A stretch of DNA of 64,000 nucleotides. It comes from Eledone cirrhosa (Eukaryota). Below, piece after piece: positions 1 to 12,903 of this stretch (the first letter of the stretch is position 1; each line of letters starts with the position of its first letter). The stretch spans positions 240,622,001-240,686,000 of the forward strand of contig OZ024740.1 of NCBI GenBank assembly GCA_964016885.1. The letters run 5' to 3'. The position numbers and the translations under genes were made by a program. Under the pieces are notes generated by a model. It saw only the letters and a program-made list of their open reading frames with translations. It was not told where the DNA came from and made no database searches.

Positions 1-222
1 CTTTCACTTTGCCTCGCTCTCTATGTAAACAAATAGGAGCAGAAGCAAGAGTAGAAAAGATAGAATGTGCTTGTAGTAGAGAAAGAAGTGGGTAAGTGCA
101 TTACTCTCCCTCCATTTTACATACATACATACAGACAGACAGACAATGCTAATAAAATGTTTGGCTTAGTAGAGGTCATCTGATTGTTTGAATTATTTAG
201 AGAAAGGACAAATATGTTGTAT

Positions 223-259
<37 letters not shown>

Positions 260-268
<9 letters not shown>

Positions 269-488
269 AAAAGGTAAACAGAAATAACAACACAATCGGT
301 ACAGTATATGCAAGGAATATATTAGGTTAACGCTTGAAATAGCAGGAAGCGGGTCTTAACGTTTCAGACGCTAGTCTTTCATCAGAAGAAAGAATGAGAA
401 ATTAGATAGATTGAAGAGACGGGCAGGGCGGAATTGGAAAAAATTGTTTTTAGAGAAAAATAACAGGTCCATTCATGTTGCTATCTCT
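260..488 (-). mobile_element. Penelope-like terminal (pLTR-type) repeat fragment carrying a hammerhead motif
   Basis: Abuts (TA)n. Same sequence recurs at 48232-48376, 50409-50637 (inverted) and 50735-50955. Contains CTGATGA...GAAAC on the minus strand. Confidence 0.6.
354..389 (-). ncRNA. Minimal type-I hammerhead ribozyme, intact core
   Basis: Minus strand reads TCTT-CTGATGA-AAGAC-TAGC-GTCT-GAAAC-GTT-AAGA. Stem I TCTT/AAGA, stem II AGAC/GTCT, loop-less palindromic stem III (AACGTT), predicted GUU cleavage triplet. Confidence 0.7.
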
Positions 489-564
489 TGGAAAACATAC
501 ATATACACACATCATTATAGACAGAAAGCAGATGAGGTGATCACAGCAAATGGAAAATGTAGAG

Positions 565-1000
565 CAGGGGTCTCAAACTCAAAGACTCAAAAGAGCCATT
601 ACATCCTGGGGAAAAGGTACAGTGGGCCAAAAGTAAGAAAGAGGGGGGGGGGCACGATTTCTACCAGCTATAATGCTAATCTGCAAAAAAAAAATTTCCT
701 CAAAATGAATAGTAAGCAGGATATGTGAATTGGTACAAAATGTAGGGGAACAAATTTTCCTTAATTCCGTTTTTACTTTTGGTAAATTCCTTTTTTTTCC
801 ATATCTACTTTGAATAAATTTCATTTTTTCCATTTCATTGTATTTCATGAGTAAAATGCAATAAATTGTACTATAATTATTATTAAAACTAGGACAAATT
901 ACCAAGTTTTCAAAAAATATTAGTCACAAAATTTGTTCAGCCACAATCCATTGAAAAGTAGTTTGCAGGCCATATGTGACCAGCATATTTGAGACCCCTG
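565..1000. mobile_element. hAT (Charlie-like) MITE
   Basis: TIRs CAGGGGTCTCAAA / TTTGAGACCCCTG; 8-bp target duplication atgtagag / atttagag (7/8 match). Confidence 0.85.
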
Positions 1001-4000
1001 ATTTAGAGTATAAAGTGTATGTTGCGAGGAAGAAGGACTAAGAGAGAAAATGGTTGGTGTGATGCGCAGTGGCAGTAATGAGTTACTTAAGAAGGGTAGT
1101 TCATGAGATAGGCAGTGGGAGAAAGTGTTAGCAATGTAATGTGAGTCAACCAATTGCTTCAGAGTTTGGAGTTTGGAGTTTTGGTTACATCATCATCGTT
1201 TAACATCTATCTTCCACGCTAGCATTGGTTAGAGGGGTTTGTCCCATTTGTCCCACTTATATATCATAATCATCATTTTATATCTGTTTGCTTATCCATA
1301 GTGTCATGGGTTGGATAGGTTCTCATGCTGTGAGTCAGCCTTTGTTCAGAGTTACTGCCCTCCTTGACAAATTGGAACCATATTTAAATCATACACTTCA
1401 TTTTTGGTATAGTTTCTCGGGCTGGATGCTCTTCGTATCACCAGCCACTTATATTGGTCTTCCATTGGTGTCAACAAGTGTTCAACAGAACATCATGCTC
1501 ACGAAATTAACAATGTGAAATGAAGTGCTTTGCTCAAGAACACAATGCACTGCTGGAAATCAATGTCATGACCTTACAATTGCGAACCAAATATCCTAAT
1601 AACTAGCAAAAAGCCTTCATATGGTGTACTGGGTACAATTTACTATGGCACCAGCACTAAAGAGGTTGCCTTGTCCTCAACAAGACTAAAAAATCCTTCT
1701 ACAACTCCCATTATATATATAAAATTGCAAGCTTAGTGAACGAAATGAAACTATTAAAGCTCTGTGAACTGTGTATAATAAATGAATTTAACATGTAGAT
1801 TTAAAAATTGACTGAATATATTGAAGATATTTATGAAGGGAGAAATTGTTGGATACTATTAAGTTTCATTCCTCTACATCTCGAGTTCAAATCCAAGCAA
1901 ATTTCTGCTTACAATCAACTTATCCCTGCTATAAAATAAAAATTTGATAGTCATAAATTTAAAAAAAATGAAAAATAAATTGATAACGTTCCATTAAAAG
2001 AGAAAAAGAATGCAAGCTGGTAAAAGGAGCATTTCAGTATGAATGATAAAAAAAATTCTGCCTGCTGATTGCATTACTGAAACTCTTAGTAAAGTTCTCC
2101 TGAAGGTAACCTCAATAAGATGACATTTGGAAACTAAAATCACAAATCTACATAAGCAATCTAATAAACATTAAAATACTCTCGTTTATCACTGGTAAAA
2201 CAGAGAACTCTAATTATGAAAGTAAAAGCTACTACTGCAGAACAGAACCTTCCAATTGAAGTCCTTTGGCTATCTCCACTGACCTAACCTAGTGAAAATT
2301 ACAAGGTCTTAGGCAATAAAATGTTTTGCTTTCCGACAACTAAATAAAACAACTATTGGTTTGTTCCATTCGAAAGGAACCGGAAGAAAAGAAGAAAAAA
2401 GAAAAACGAAACGAAAAATTCACAAAAAAACTGTATTATATCCTGTATAGAGGTCACCTTTTTAATTCTTTATGTTTATTTAACTAAGTCTACGGCTAAA
2501 CTGGAGTACCGCGTTCAACGTCTTAAAACACTAATATACCCTTGAAATTTAGGTGCGTGTGTACGCGTATTCTCTTTAATTAGTAAAAATAAATTATCTT
2601 AATTTAGCACAGCTTCTGATTATATGCAATTAATTAACGTAAAGAAATAGTCAAAACTCAAAACTAATAACAATGTACTCAAAACATGATTCAAATCCAA
2701 AAGGTTTGTACTTGATGGGGAAGCAATTGAAGAATTAAAAGATATCTCAGCAGTTACATATATATTGGATAAAATCAAATGCACGAGAAGGCTAAAACTA
2801 TAAACAAGTAATAAAAATAACAAATATATATATATATATATATATAATGTCAAGTTTAGCTTAGATTTTCAGTCTTCTAGAACCGATGAAATCACCTCTA
2901 CTCGGAAATTCTAGACAACTGTATATTGGATACCAACGACTAAAATTGTGTTCATGAAAGAAAAAAGCCCTTCTGTAGACCTTGGATCTACAGAAAGTAC
3001 CCCTTCATATCAATACAAATAGTTCTTAAATATGAACAGATTATAAACTAAATAAAGGGTCGATTTTTAAATGTGAATAGTGAGCTAATAAGAGAAAAAG
3101 TTCGACAGCAAAATAAACCAGAAAATAATTAATACTTGTGTTTGGATGATTTAATATCAAGACAAATTGTTTTTACTTTTAATTAACAAGTCAAGGTCAT
3201 ATGGTTGTGAAAAAAACCGGCAGAAAAGGAAATTGTCTACAGAAAGTGCATGTAAAAGACATTGAAACATTAGATATTAGTTTACTATATTAAGTTTCAG
3301 GAATTTACCGGCTGGTTAAGGACACGAAGATTTGCCAAAGTCAACTCCGACAGAGGACAAAAAGTTTCGCATAGGGATATTTTTTTAATATAATTATTTG
3401 TTATATGTTTTTGTAAAACGAAATAGTAGGAATTAAATTTTTCTAGACACAATTTTATCATTATTTTTCTTTTCTTTTTTTCTTTTTTGTCTTTTACTCC
3501 GAAAAGAATAAAAGCACGTAGATACGTCAATGTTAAACGTTTATATTTCTACCGCTGCTACAATCGCCGACTCCGCCACATGTTTTAACACCATACGGTG
3601 AAAGTAAAACGCCGAAGTAAACGAAAATAATGTCATTATGAGTGTGTGTGTGTGTGTTTAGCTTGATTCGGTAAGTCAAATAAATGACTTCTTGCATAAG
3701 ATGTACAAGAATGTGAGCTTAAGAGGGATTGAGATGGTGTGACGTTCATGCTTTTTCAATGGCAACAGCAACATTAGTAAAGTGAAATGGTTTATAATAG
3801 TTACAATAAAAAAATCGGAACCGTAATTATTTGTTTAAAACGAAAGCTGCGGTCAGTTTCAATGACAGCAGGGACATGTTGCGAAAGACAGAAAGAATGA
3901 GTAATTTTTGACACTTGTATAGATAAGAAAATACTTGGTTGCTGCTCTTTTAAGCATTATCATGATTCAAATTCTAGATATCATACACGTGTTTTATATA

Positions 4001-4226
4001 TATATATATATATATATTACAGTATATATATATATTTATTACAGTATATATATATATATATATATATATTACAGTACTATGCAAAACAGAATATGAGGAA
4101 ATAGTTCTTTGTACACTATGTATTTAATTCGTTTCATCCGTCCGTAAGAAAATGAAATTTCATTCATGAAGTCCGAAAAATTATCTATTAAGGTGTGACA
4201 GTAAGAAAAAAAGAAACAACACTTAC

Positions 4227-4295
4227 TTTCCTCGATTCACAATCTGCTTTAAACATATTTCTTAAACAACTCGATGTAAAGGACGTCTGGTTTTC
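4227..4295 (-). CDS. Probable coding exon 2 of an unidentified gene (ENQTSFTSSCLRNMFKADCESRK)
   Basis: Acceptor ctcctttattttctccctccgaactaacAG, donor GTAAGT, 69 nt, phase 0-0, no stop, in frame with 4703-4732. Confidence 0.55.
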
Positions 4296-4702
4296 CTGTT
4301 AGTTCGGAGGGAGAAAATAAAGGAGCGTTGATAGAAATACAGAAACGGCTACTTATGAATGTAACGACGGTTGGATGAAAAAATGAAAATAATAGCATTA
4401 ACATAAGCAAAGATAGAGTGAGAATGGACGAATATTTATATATGGATGTACATTCATTAAATGTACATGTAAATATGTGTAATTTGGAAGAAAAAGTAAA
4501 CACTCAAAAATAACGCACCATTCTACTATTTTCTCTCGAGAATATTAAAATGCAAATTCGATTATTATTGAAAATAAAAGATTATTTTTTAAGGATATAG
4601 AAGATATAAAGTAAAATATATCGGTGCAGCAAACGGGTTTCATTTTACGACATTTCTGATTTAAAAATTGATCAAGTTAAGATATATTTTAAAGACACCT
4701 AC

Positions 4703-4732
4703 CAATGTACTTGCTGCTGCTGTTGCCGCCAT
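4703..4732 (-). CDS. Probable first coding exon of an unidentified gene (MAATAAASTL)
   Basis: gcagcATGGCGGCA start context followed by GTAGGT donor after 10 codons; lies in a locally GC/CpG-richer patch. Confidence 0.55.
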
Positions 4733-4855
4733 GCTGCAGCTTTTTGCTTAGATTGACCTTCAAATCACGTGAAGGCCGCAAGTGCGCCAGGGTAGTCGTT
4801 CCGTAGTTGCGGTTAAGGACATTAGTAAAACGTTGTATTAATAACTTTGGCGGAA
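4733..4855. promoter_or_regulatory. Putative 5'UTR/core promoter with palindromic E-box TCACGTGA (4765-4772)
   Basis: CpG-containing non-repetitive patch immediately upstream of the candidate start exon. Confidence 0.35.
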
Positions 4856-5399
4856 AAATATGTTTTCTCTATCCTCGATCATTGTACTTAGGAACTATTT
4901 CGTTTTATATTTTCTGAAACTAAGTTTATTGTCAGTTACCTATAGAAATCTGAATCTAAAAGCACCTGGTGTCAGCGAAAATATAAGTTTCTCAATTGCC
5001 CTTCATATATATCATTCAATAATTTATCTCATTAGCGGTATTATTTTATCTTATAAATATTTGGTAACTGAAATCTTTTAACCTTGTGAAAATTTAAGCT
5101 ATAATTTATTTTTTAAATATAAATAGGTAAGAATATAGTTTAATTTATACATGAATTACACTTTTAACAAAGTGTATAAATATTAAAATTTTAATTGAAT
5201 CGTGTTATATGTAACACTTTCGTAAAAAAGTTGTCTATTCCTATTTACCGTATCCAGTTCGATATATTTCTAGTTGTCCTTATATGAAAAAGCGGTATTT
5301 TTAAATAGTGGTTTTTTTTTAATGTTTGTTTTATTTTTGTTATAATCGCGAATACACGAAAAACACCTCATACTTCTTGAATATTTTCCCTTTCAAGAT

Positions 5400-6690
5400 T
5401 TTAAATCATACCCAAAGTTGTACGTGTTATAATTCTCAATTACTCCTTCCCTCATCAGCGTGGTGCTCCCTTGGGGCCCCAATTACTGACCAAGCCATCA
5501 AGTCCATCTTTCCATCTAAGTTGGCTAATCTCCAGCAACTTTTAAAAGACCTCGAAGTCATTGAGCCTCCCCAAGGTGTTTTTATACTTAGGAATTATTT
5601 GTCAATCCCTAGGATGTTGTATTTCCTCAGAGTTAGTCCCTCTTACAAATTCTCGTCTCTCCAACACTTCGATACCTCATATTCAGTGAGCTCGAGGGTT
5701 TCATCAATGTCCAACTCTTTCCAGAGTCCGTGCTCAAGCTGCCTTGCCCAAACGGTTTGGAGGTCTCTGCAAATACACATCTTTGTCTCTACCTTGCTTT
5801 CTTTTCTCTATCCACCCTTGCTCCCCTATAGTGGGTGACATCCTCTCCTTCCCAACTTGGACTAGTTCCACCAGGGAGTTGGATAAAGCTTTACTTCAGT
5901 GGAGAGAGCTGGGTTTGTCAATTCCTGTTAGGGATGAGAATAAACGGAAGCAGAGAGTATGGGACAATCTGCGTTCAATGGGAACTTTCAACTCTCTCTT
6001 TGATCATTCCAATCAATTTTCTAGGTGCCGTTTACTTTCAGCAAGCACAAAGTTCTCGAGGGACTGGATTAATGCCATGCCTGTAGCCAACATTGGTGAC
6101 CTTCACAGTCAAGACGAGCTCTGCATCGCACTTCAAGTGGGAGCCGATGTCTGTGTGGGTCTGAGATGCTGCTGTGGTGGGGTCCCTCGACTCCACAGGT
6201 CTACATGTTTTGTCATGCCACCTGAATGCTGGTCATTTCACCCATCACACCAAGTTAAACTGATCATCAAACAGACCCTGACTCGAGTAAATATCTCCTC
6301 AGTTCTGGAGCCAGCTGGTTTATCCAGAAGTGATAGGAAGAGACCAGACAGCCTTACCCTTTGTCCCTGGGTAGAAGGTAGGTGTCTCATCTGGGATGTC
6401 ACAGTCAGTGACTCTTTTGCTCCCTCCCACAATATGGACGCGACATTAAATGTGGGGGTCATTGCTTCTGTTGCTGAGTGGAATAAAATTCAGAAATACC
6501 GGGATTTATCCAATAATTATTTTTTCCAGCCTGTGGCATTCAAGAGGTTTTGTGGAGTTGTACTGCTGACAGTGAAGTTCTTGCCTTACTGAGGTGTCAG
6601 GTGATGCCCGTGAGGGTGCCTGGTTGTTTCAGCACCTTAGCCTCGCCATCACCTGTGGCAATGCTGTGAGTGTATTGGCAAAGTATTTAG
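5400..6690 (+). mobile_element. Degenerate CRE-like non-LTR retrotransposon, 3' part (late RT region plus restriction-like endonuclease)
   Basis: Frameshifted ORFs include LEPAGLSRSDRKRPDSLTLCPWVEGRCLIWDVTVSD (RPD...D nuclease motif of RLE elements) preceded by a Cys/His knuckle region. Confidence 0.75.
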
Positions 6691-7062
6691 TTAACCCTTA
6701 AGATGTGATGTGTGGATGATTGTCGCATCTAGAGGTGAGTTGACTTCCCCCCCTTTTTTTCTCTTTTTGTGTTTTTTTTTATCTCTCTTTTAGTGTTTAT
6801 CATCATCTTCATTTAACGTTCATCTTCCACGCTAGCATGGGTTAGACGGTTTTGTTCCATTTGATGCGGGAATGGTCAGGATACCGTGTCTCGCTCGTAC
6901 AGAAGTGTCTCTGGTATATTTGTATATATCACTAGTGTTTGTGTTTTCGTTCTGTAAGCATTATATCATTATATTTCTATACAACAGTGAAAAAAGAGAA
7001 AATTATGATAAAAAGAAATATATATTTATATTTGCTTATGATTTTAATTATAAGTAAATATA

Positions 7063-7412
7063 TCAGACCGGGTGATGTGTTGTTTCCCAGACCGGGTGAT
7101 GTGTTGTTTCCCAGACCGGGTGATGTGTTGTTTCCCAGACCGGGTGATGTGTTGTTTCCTTGAGCAAGACACTTTATTTCACATTGCTCCAGTTTACTCA
7201 GCTGTAGAAATGAGATGATAGGACTGGGGTCCCTATCATTCCACTGCAAAGTGGACGTGGAGGTGCCATGGCAAAAAAGCACCCACCACTCACTGTAAAT
7301 GAGGTTGGTGTTAGGAAGGGCATCCAGCTGTAGAAATCAAGCCAGAATCAGTTCCCGTCCCACCCTTGCATGCAGGGAAAAGCGGACGTAAAATGAAATG
7401 AAATGAAATGAA
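7063..7412 (+). mobile_element. SINE fragment with internal 24-bp tandem repeat (about 4 copies of cagaccgggtgatgtgttgtttcc)
   Basis: CORE-like ccttgagcaagacactt block, ggtgttaggaagggcatccagc block and (GAAAT)n tail. Confidence 0.65.
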
Positions 7413-7508
7413 TATTGTAATTAAATGGACTGAATCAATGCAAAATTAAGTGCCTTGCTCAAGAGCACAATGAGCCAACTACTACTATATACTAATTTGT
7501 AGTAGTAA

Positions 7509-8150
7509 TCTATATATAATATAAAAGAGAGATGTTTATTGGTTGGTTGGTTGGTTAGTTGAATCACACGAAAACTACACATACACACACATCTAAATAA
7601 AGAGAGGGATAGGCCATTATACAGAGAGAGATCGAATTAAAGTGTTAGATATTCAGAGATAGAGAGAAAGAGTGACGTCCCACAAAAGTCTAGAATCAGC
7701 TTAAACTATAGATCCTTTGTTCCATAGAAAGGTTTAACAATATTGCGTTAACATTTATAAAGTAATTTTACAGAACAAAGAAAAATTGATACTATTTGAA
7801 ATTAATCTACCCTCCAGCTTTGTTCCATATACTACTTACAGACTGTACTAATGAAACTAAACACTTCAGAAGCAATGTTATGTGGTATATTACTGCGTTT
7901 CAGATGACGTCCTTTGGAGCTGAAAGAGATCATATTGACTGTGGTTATTTCACATTTAAAATCCAAGGCCAATGCTACCATTTAATCAGCAGTTTATTTC
8001 CCCCAGCCTAATAAGGAAGTTTTATGATTGTTTTTTTTTATGTCACTCTCACACACACACACATTACGGTCTCACCTCATACCAGACAACACATCCAATA
8101 CAATCATTTTCTCTTTTATCCGTCTTCTCTTAACTGGGTACCTCAGCTAG
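7509..8150 (+). mobile_element. Non-autonomous Helitron with Rep-protein fragment
   Basis: 5' TC after A and 3' CTAG before T. ORF 7796-8011 contains AFQMTSFGA...TFKIQGQCYH, typical of the Helitron Rep N-terminal region. Confidence 0.75.
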
Positions 8151-8169
8151 TATATATATATATATATAT

Positions 8170-8643
8170 GTCAGGTTGCTCTTGAGTGCTACTGGTAACA
8201 TGTAACCCAGAACAACCTGTCTCGTGGTCGGGTTGGCGGCGACTAAACTGGCAACTCCACCAAGCTTGCTTGGTGAGGAAGGTGATAGTTGAACACCTTG
8301 CGGGATGAAATACAAGACTGGCAAAGGGTGGAGGAACTCAGCAGACTCAACAGCCATCCAAACAGTATTTTAGTATTTTCTTTATCATCTCAGAGGGAGA
8401 GGCCTCCAGTTGTTGTCACAACACCTTTCTAGGAGAGGGGAAACTCTGAAAAAATAACGTGTGGCTTCGGAAGCATCTGATGATGTTGACCAGTTCTCCT
8501 TTTCGAGTAGTGTTTTCGATGCTCAGAGAGTGGGATTGGTCGAGTGCAAGGCCTTTCCCCACTTAAAAAACATTCGGATCACAGGCATTGCTTGTTCAGG
8601 ATCTGTTACACGTTCGTGTGGCTGGCCGTAGCCTAAAAGTGCA
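8170..8643 (+). mobile_element. RTE-like LINE 5'UTR segment
   Basis: Follows (TA)n; contains ctaggagaggggaaactctgaa, resembling RTE 5'UTR blocks (from memory). No ORF follows. Confidence 0.45.
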
Positions 8644-10157
8644 CCGAACTCTGTAATCCGAACTCTGTAATCTGAACTCTGTAATCCGAACTCTGTAATC
8701 CGAACTCTGTAATCTGAACTCTGTAATCTGAACTCTGTAATCTGAACTCTGTAATCCGAACTCTGTAATCTGAACTCTGTAATCCGAACTCTGTAATCTG
8801 AACTCTGTAATCTGAACTCTTTAATCCGGACTCTGTAATCCGAACTCTGTAATCTGAACTCTGTAATCTGAACTCTTTAATCCGAACTCTGTAATCCGAA
8901 CTCTGTAATCCGAACTCTGTAATCCGAACTCTGTAATCTGAACTCTGTAATCTGAACTCTGTAATCTGAACTCTGTAATCCGAACTCTGTAATCTGAACT
9001 CTGTAATCCGAACTCTGTAATCCGAACTCTGTAATCTGAACTCTGTAATCCGAACTCTGTAATCTGAACTCTGTAATCTGAACTCTGTAATCTGAACTCT
9101 GTAATCTGAACTCTGTAATCTGAACTCTGTAATCCGAACTCTGTAATCTGAACTCTGTAATCTGAACTCTGTAATCTGAACTCTGTAATCTGAACTCTGT
9201 AATCTGAACTCTGTAATCTGAACTCTGTAATCTGAACTCTGTAATCTGAACTCTGTAATCTGAACTCTGTAATCTGAACTCTGTAATCTGAACTCTGTAA
9301 TCTGAACTCTGTAATCTGAACTCTGTAATCTGAACTCTGTAATCTGAACTCTGTAATCTGAACTCTGTAATCTGAACTCTGTAATCCGAACTCTGTAATC
9401 CGAACTCTGTAATCTGAACTCTGTAATCTGAACTCTGTAATCTGAACTCTGTAATCTGAACTCTGTAATCTGAACTCTGTAATCCGAACTCTGTAATCCG
9501 AACTCTGTAATCCGAACTCTGTAATCTGAACTCTGTAATCTGAACTCTGTAATCTGAACTCTGTAATCTGAACTCTGTAATCTGAACTCTGTAATCTGAA
9601 CTCTGTAATCCGAACTCTGTAATCCGAACTCTGTAATCCGAACTCTGTAATCTGAACTCTGTAATCTGAACTCTGTAATCTGAACTCTGTAATCTGAACT
9701 CTGTAATCTGAACTCTGTAATCTGAACTCTGTAATCCGAACTCTGTAATCTGAACTCTGTAATCCGAACTCTGTAATCTGAACTCTGTAATCTGAACTCT
9801 GTAATCCAAACTCTGTAATCCGAACTCTGTAATCTGAACTCTGTAATCCGAACTCTGTAATCCGAACTCTGTAATCCGAACTCTGTAATCCGAACTCTGT
9901 AATCTGAACTCTGTAATCTGAACTCTGTAATCTGAACTCTGTAATCTGAACTCTGTAATCTGAACTCTGTAATCTGAACTCTGTAATCTGAACTCTGTAA
10001 TCTGAACTCTGTAATCCGAACTCTGTAATCTGAACTCTGTAATCTGAACTCTGTAATCTGAACTCTGTAATCTGAACTCTGTAATCTGAACTCTGTAATC
10101 TGAACTCTGTAATCCGAACTCTGTAATCCGAACTCTGTAATCCGAACTCTGTAATCT
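8644..10157. repeat. 14-bp tandem satellite, unit GAACTCTGTAATC(C/T), about 108 copies
   Basis: Directly visible; near-perfect array with one C/T variable position. Confidence 0.98.
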
Positions 10158-10254
10158 CAAGCGAATTCAATACTCTTAGCAGAGTTTGCAGCCATCATAT
10201 ATATATATATGTATATTTCTATGTATTAAATATGTATATAAATATGTATATCAT

Positions 10255-12790
10255 CATCATCATCATTTTACATCTGCTTTTCCTTGCTTGCAAGGGTGGA
10301 ACGGGTCTTATTAAGCACGGCATCTCTCCATTCGTCACGGTCCCTTGTCATCTCTTCCGTGAGCTTCAGCGATCTGAGGTCTGCTCTCACCACATCCGCC
10401 CATGTTTTTCATTGTCTTCCTCGACTACATCTTCCTTCTACAGGGATTTCTTGACACTTTTTCACCCAGCGGTCATCCTCCATGTGAATCACATGTCCAT
10501 ACCAATGCAGTCTTCTCCCCCCGCACACTACAGCCTATCCTTCTCATACACAGTTTCTCTCTCAACTCGTCTATGCTTGGTCGTTCACGCACATTGACAT
10601 TGCACATCCAACGGAGCATGCTTGCTTCATTTCTCTCCAACTGTTGCATATCTTTCACAGTTGCTGCCTATGTCTCACTACCATGCAGCATCATGCATCT
10701 CACACAGGCACCATATAACCGGCCTTTCATTCGTAGGGAGAAACCCTTCTTTGTCAACAGAGGAAGCAGCTCCCTAAACTTCTTCCAATCCGTCCTTATT
10801 CTGGAAACTATGGCCTCGGAGCACCCTCCTCCCTTACTAATCTGATCACCTAGGTATCAGAAGCTATCAACCACCTCTATAGGTCCTACCCGCATTTGAA
10901 AAATGTGTCTAACACTGCGATTTCTACTGTCAAATTTCCCTGTACAGCTACTGCATATATAGTTTTCCCTACCTGTTAGCTTGCCTGCTATCCCACTACA
11001 TCTGCACTGTGTACATTTTATAGAATTTATGCCAACTCCTTTCCTACATATTGAAGATGGCAATTTCCCTGATGGAATCAGAGTTTTGTCCTCTTTCCTA
11101 ATTATCAACACCTAGCTAGGTTTACTCTCAGTCCTCTTGATTCCAGCTGCTGTTTCCATAGCCAGAATTTATTTTCTAGCTCCTCTACTGATTCTGCTAT
11201 AAGTACCAGATCGTCAGCATAGAGAAGTTCCCATGGGCAGCCAGTCTTAAACTCCTCTGTTATGGCTTGGAGGACTATAATGAACAAGAGTGGGCTGAGG
11301 ACCGAATCCTGATGTACTCCTACTTGTATCTGGAATTCCTCACTAAACTCCATTCCTACTCTCACTTTACTGGCAGTACCCCTGTACATAGCTTGCACTG
11401 TCCTCACAAGCCATTCCTCTACACCTAGTTTCCTTAGGGACAACCAGATGACAGATCGGGGTACTCTATCAAAGGCCTTCTCTAGGTCAACAAAAGTTAA
11501 GTATAGTGGCTTATTCTTCTCTAAGAACCTCTCTTGTAGTTGTCTCTCTAAGAAGAGGGCATCTGTTGTACTTTTCTGAGGCACAAAACCAAACTGCATC
11601 TCATCTAATTTGACCCTTTCTCTAATTAGTTGTGCTAGTATTTTTTCTGCCACTTTCATAACTTGATCCATCAGTTTTATGCCTCTATAACGGAATACTC
11701 CTATGTTTTACCTGCGAAGATTCTAAACCAAATCTGAGCTTTCTCGCCTCTGGGACAATCTATCGTTGGAAGTTCTCACCATTGTCCTGTCAAGACAACG
11801 ATGATAAATGTACATTCCATTTGACCTGAGCTCTGCTCCAGCCACAAGTTTCTTCAGTAGCCTGCAGTAAGTTGTCACATAAGAAATTCCAGTTATCATC
11901 TATGTCATACAATTCTAACTCATCTTCTTTTTCATTGTACACATCTTAAAGGGCTTTCCTAAATTTATATTTTAGTGAAAGGTCTTTTAGCTTCCAGACC
12001 TTCAATCTGGCTTATGTGCTTGCCTGATTGGTAGGTTATTAGGTGGTTGGCAGGTTTCATGCACTTGGATCACAAAATTCAAGAAGCCTCACTCCTTCTT
12101 TGTTTCTTAAGCCATAACCATGGCCACCATGTACCCCAGCATATCCATCCTGGAGCTGACCAACATGACCATTGAAGTCCCCTGCTAGTATAACTATGTC
12201 TCTGTCCTCTGTCATTGTGGTTGTTTCTAGAAGTTGCTCATAAAAGCAGTCCTTCTCTTCTTTACCTAGGGAGCATAGGTAGAGATAATTGTCAGCAGTC
12301 TCTTGCCTACAACTAATCTAATCTTAATAATTCTGTTACTGACTCTATTGTCTTATTGATCCAACTCTCGGTCAGTAAAATGCCTACCCCATCATCATTT
12401 CCTACCCAGAAAAGCTTATAGCTAAGATGTTTGCCTGCAATTAGTCTTGGTAAGGCACCTCTCCATCTCACCTCTTGCACACAGCATACATTCACATGTC
12501 TTCTCTCTAACATGTCCACTATCTCACCAGATCTACCTGTTAGAGTGCCAACATTAAGTGTGGCAACTCTGAGATGCGACGTCTTCATATTCTTGCACTT
12601 GTTGTGCAATTGCTTGATGACGTTGGGGAGTTCTTGCACATTGCAATACTTATTTGTTGTGCTCATAATTTTTGGCATTAATATATACTGATTGGATGCC
12701 CTTCCTAACACCAGCACTTTACAGCTTGGACTGGGTGCTTTTATTCATGCCATCAGCACTAGAGAGGTTGTTTTATTGGACTCAAAGGCC
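10255..12790 (-). mobile_element. RTE-clade LINE family B, internally deleted (APE endonuclease, RT, partial PHD-type finger)
   Basis: LRVATLNVGTL...CVQEVRW (APE); FVDLEKAFDRVPR and LLYADD (RT); (CAT)n tail at about 10250; highly similar to 60020-62163. Confidence 0.9.
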
Positions 12791-12903
12791 CTCTCCATAT
12801 ATATATATATATATAAAATTGAAAAAGTGGAGAATAACATGGTCAACAGTACAAAAAAGGGGATTTATTTGCAGTTGAGTCAAGCAACGCCGTACGCTAA
12901 AAC

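Noticed and set aside
3297-3530. Alternative first exon ending at a GTAAAT donor near 3308
   Set aside because: No acceptor or convincing start, and low-complexity translation; cannot be supported.
8821-10170. 449-aa and 427-aa repetitive ORFs; possible CRISPR array
   Set aside because: They arise because the 14-bp unit has no stop on the minus strand. There are no unique spacers, no cas genes, and the context is eukaryotic.
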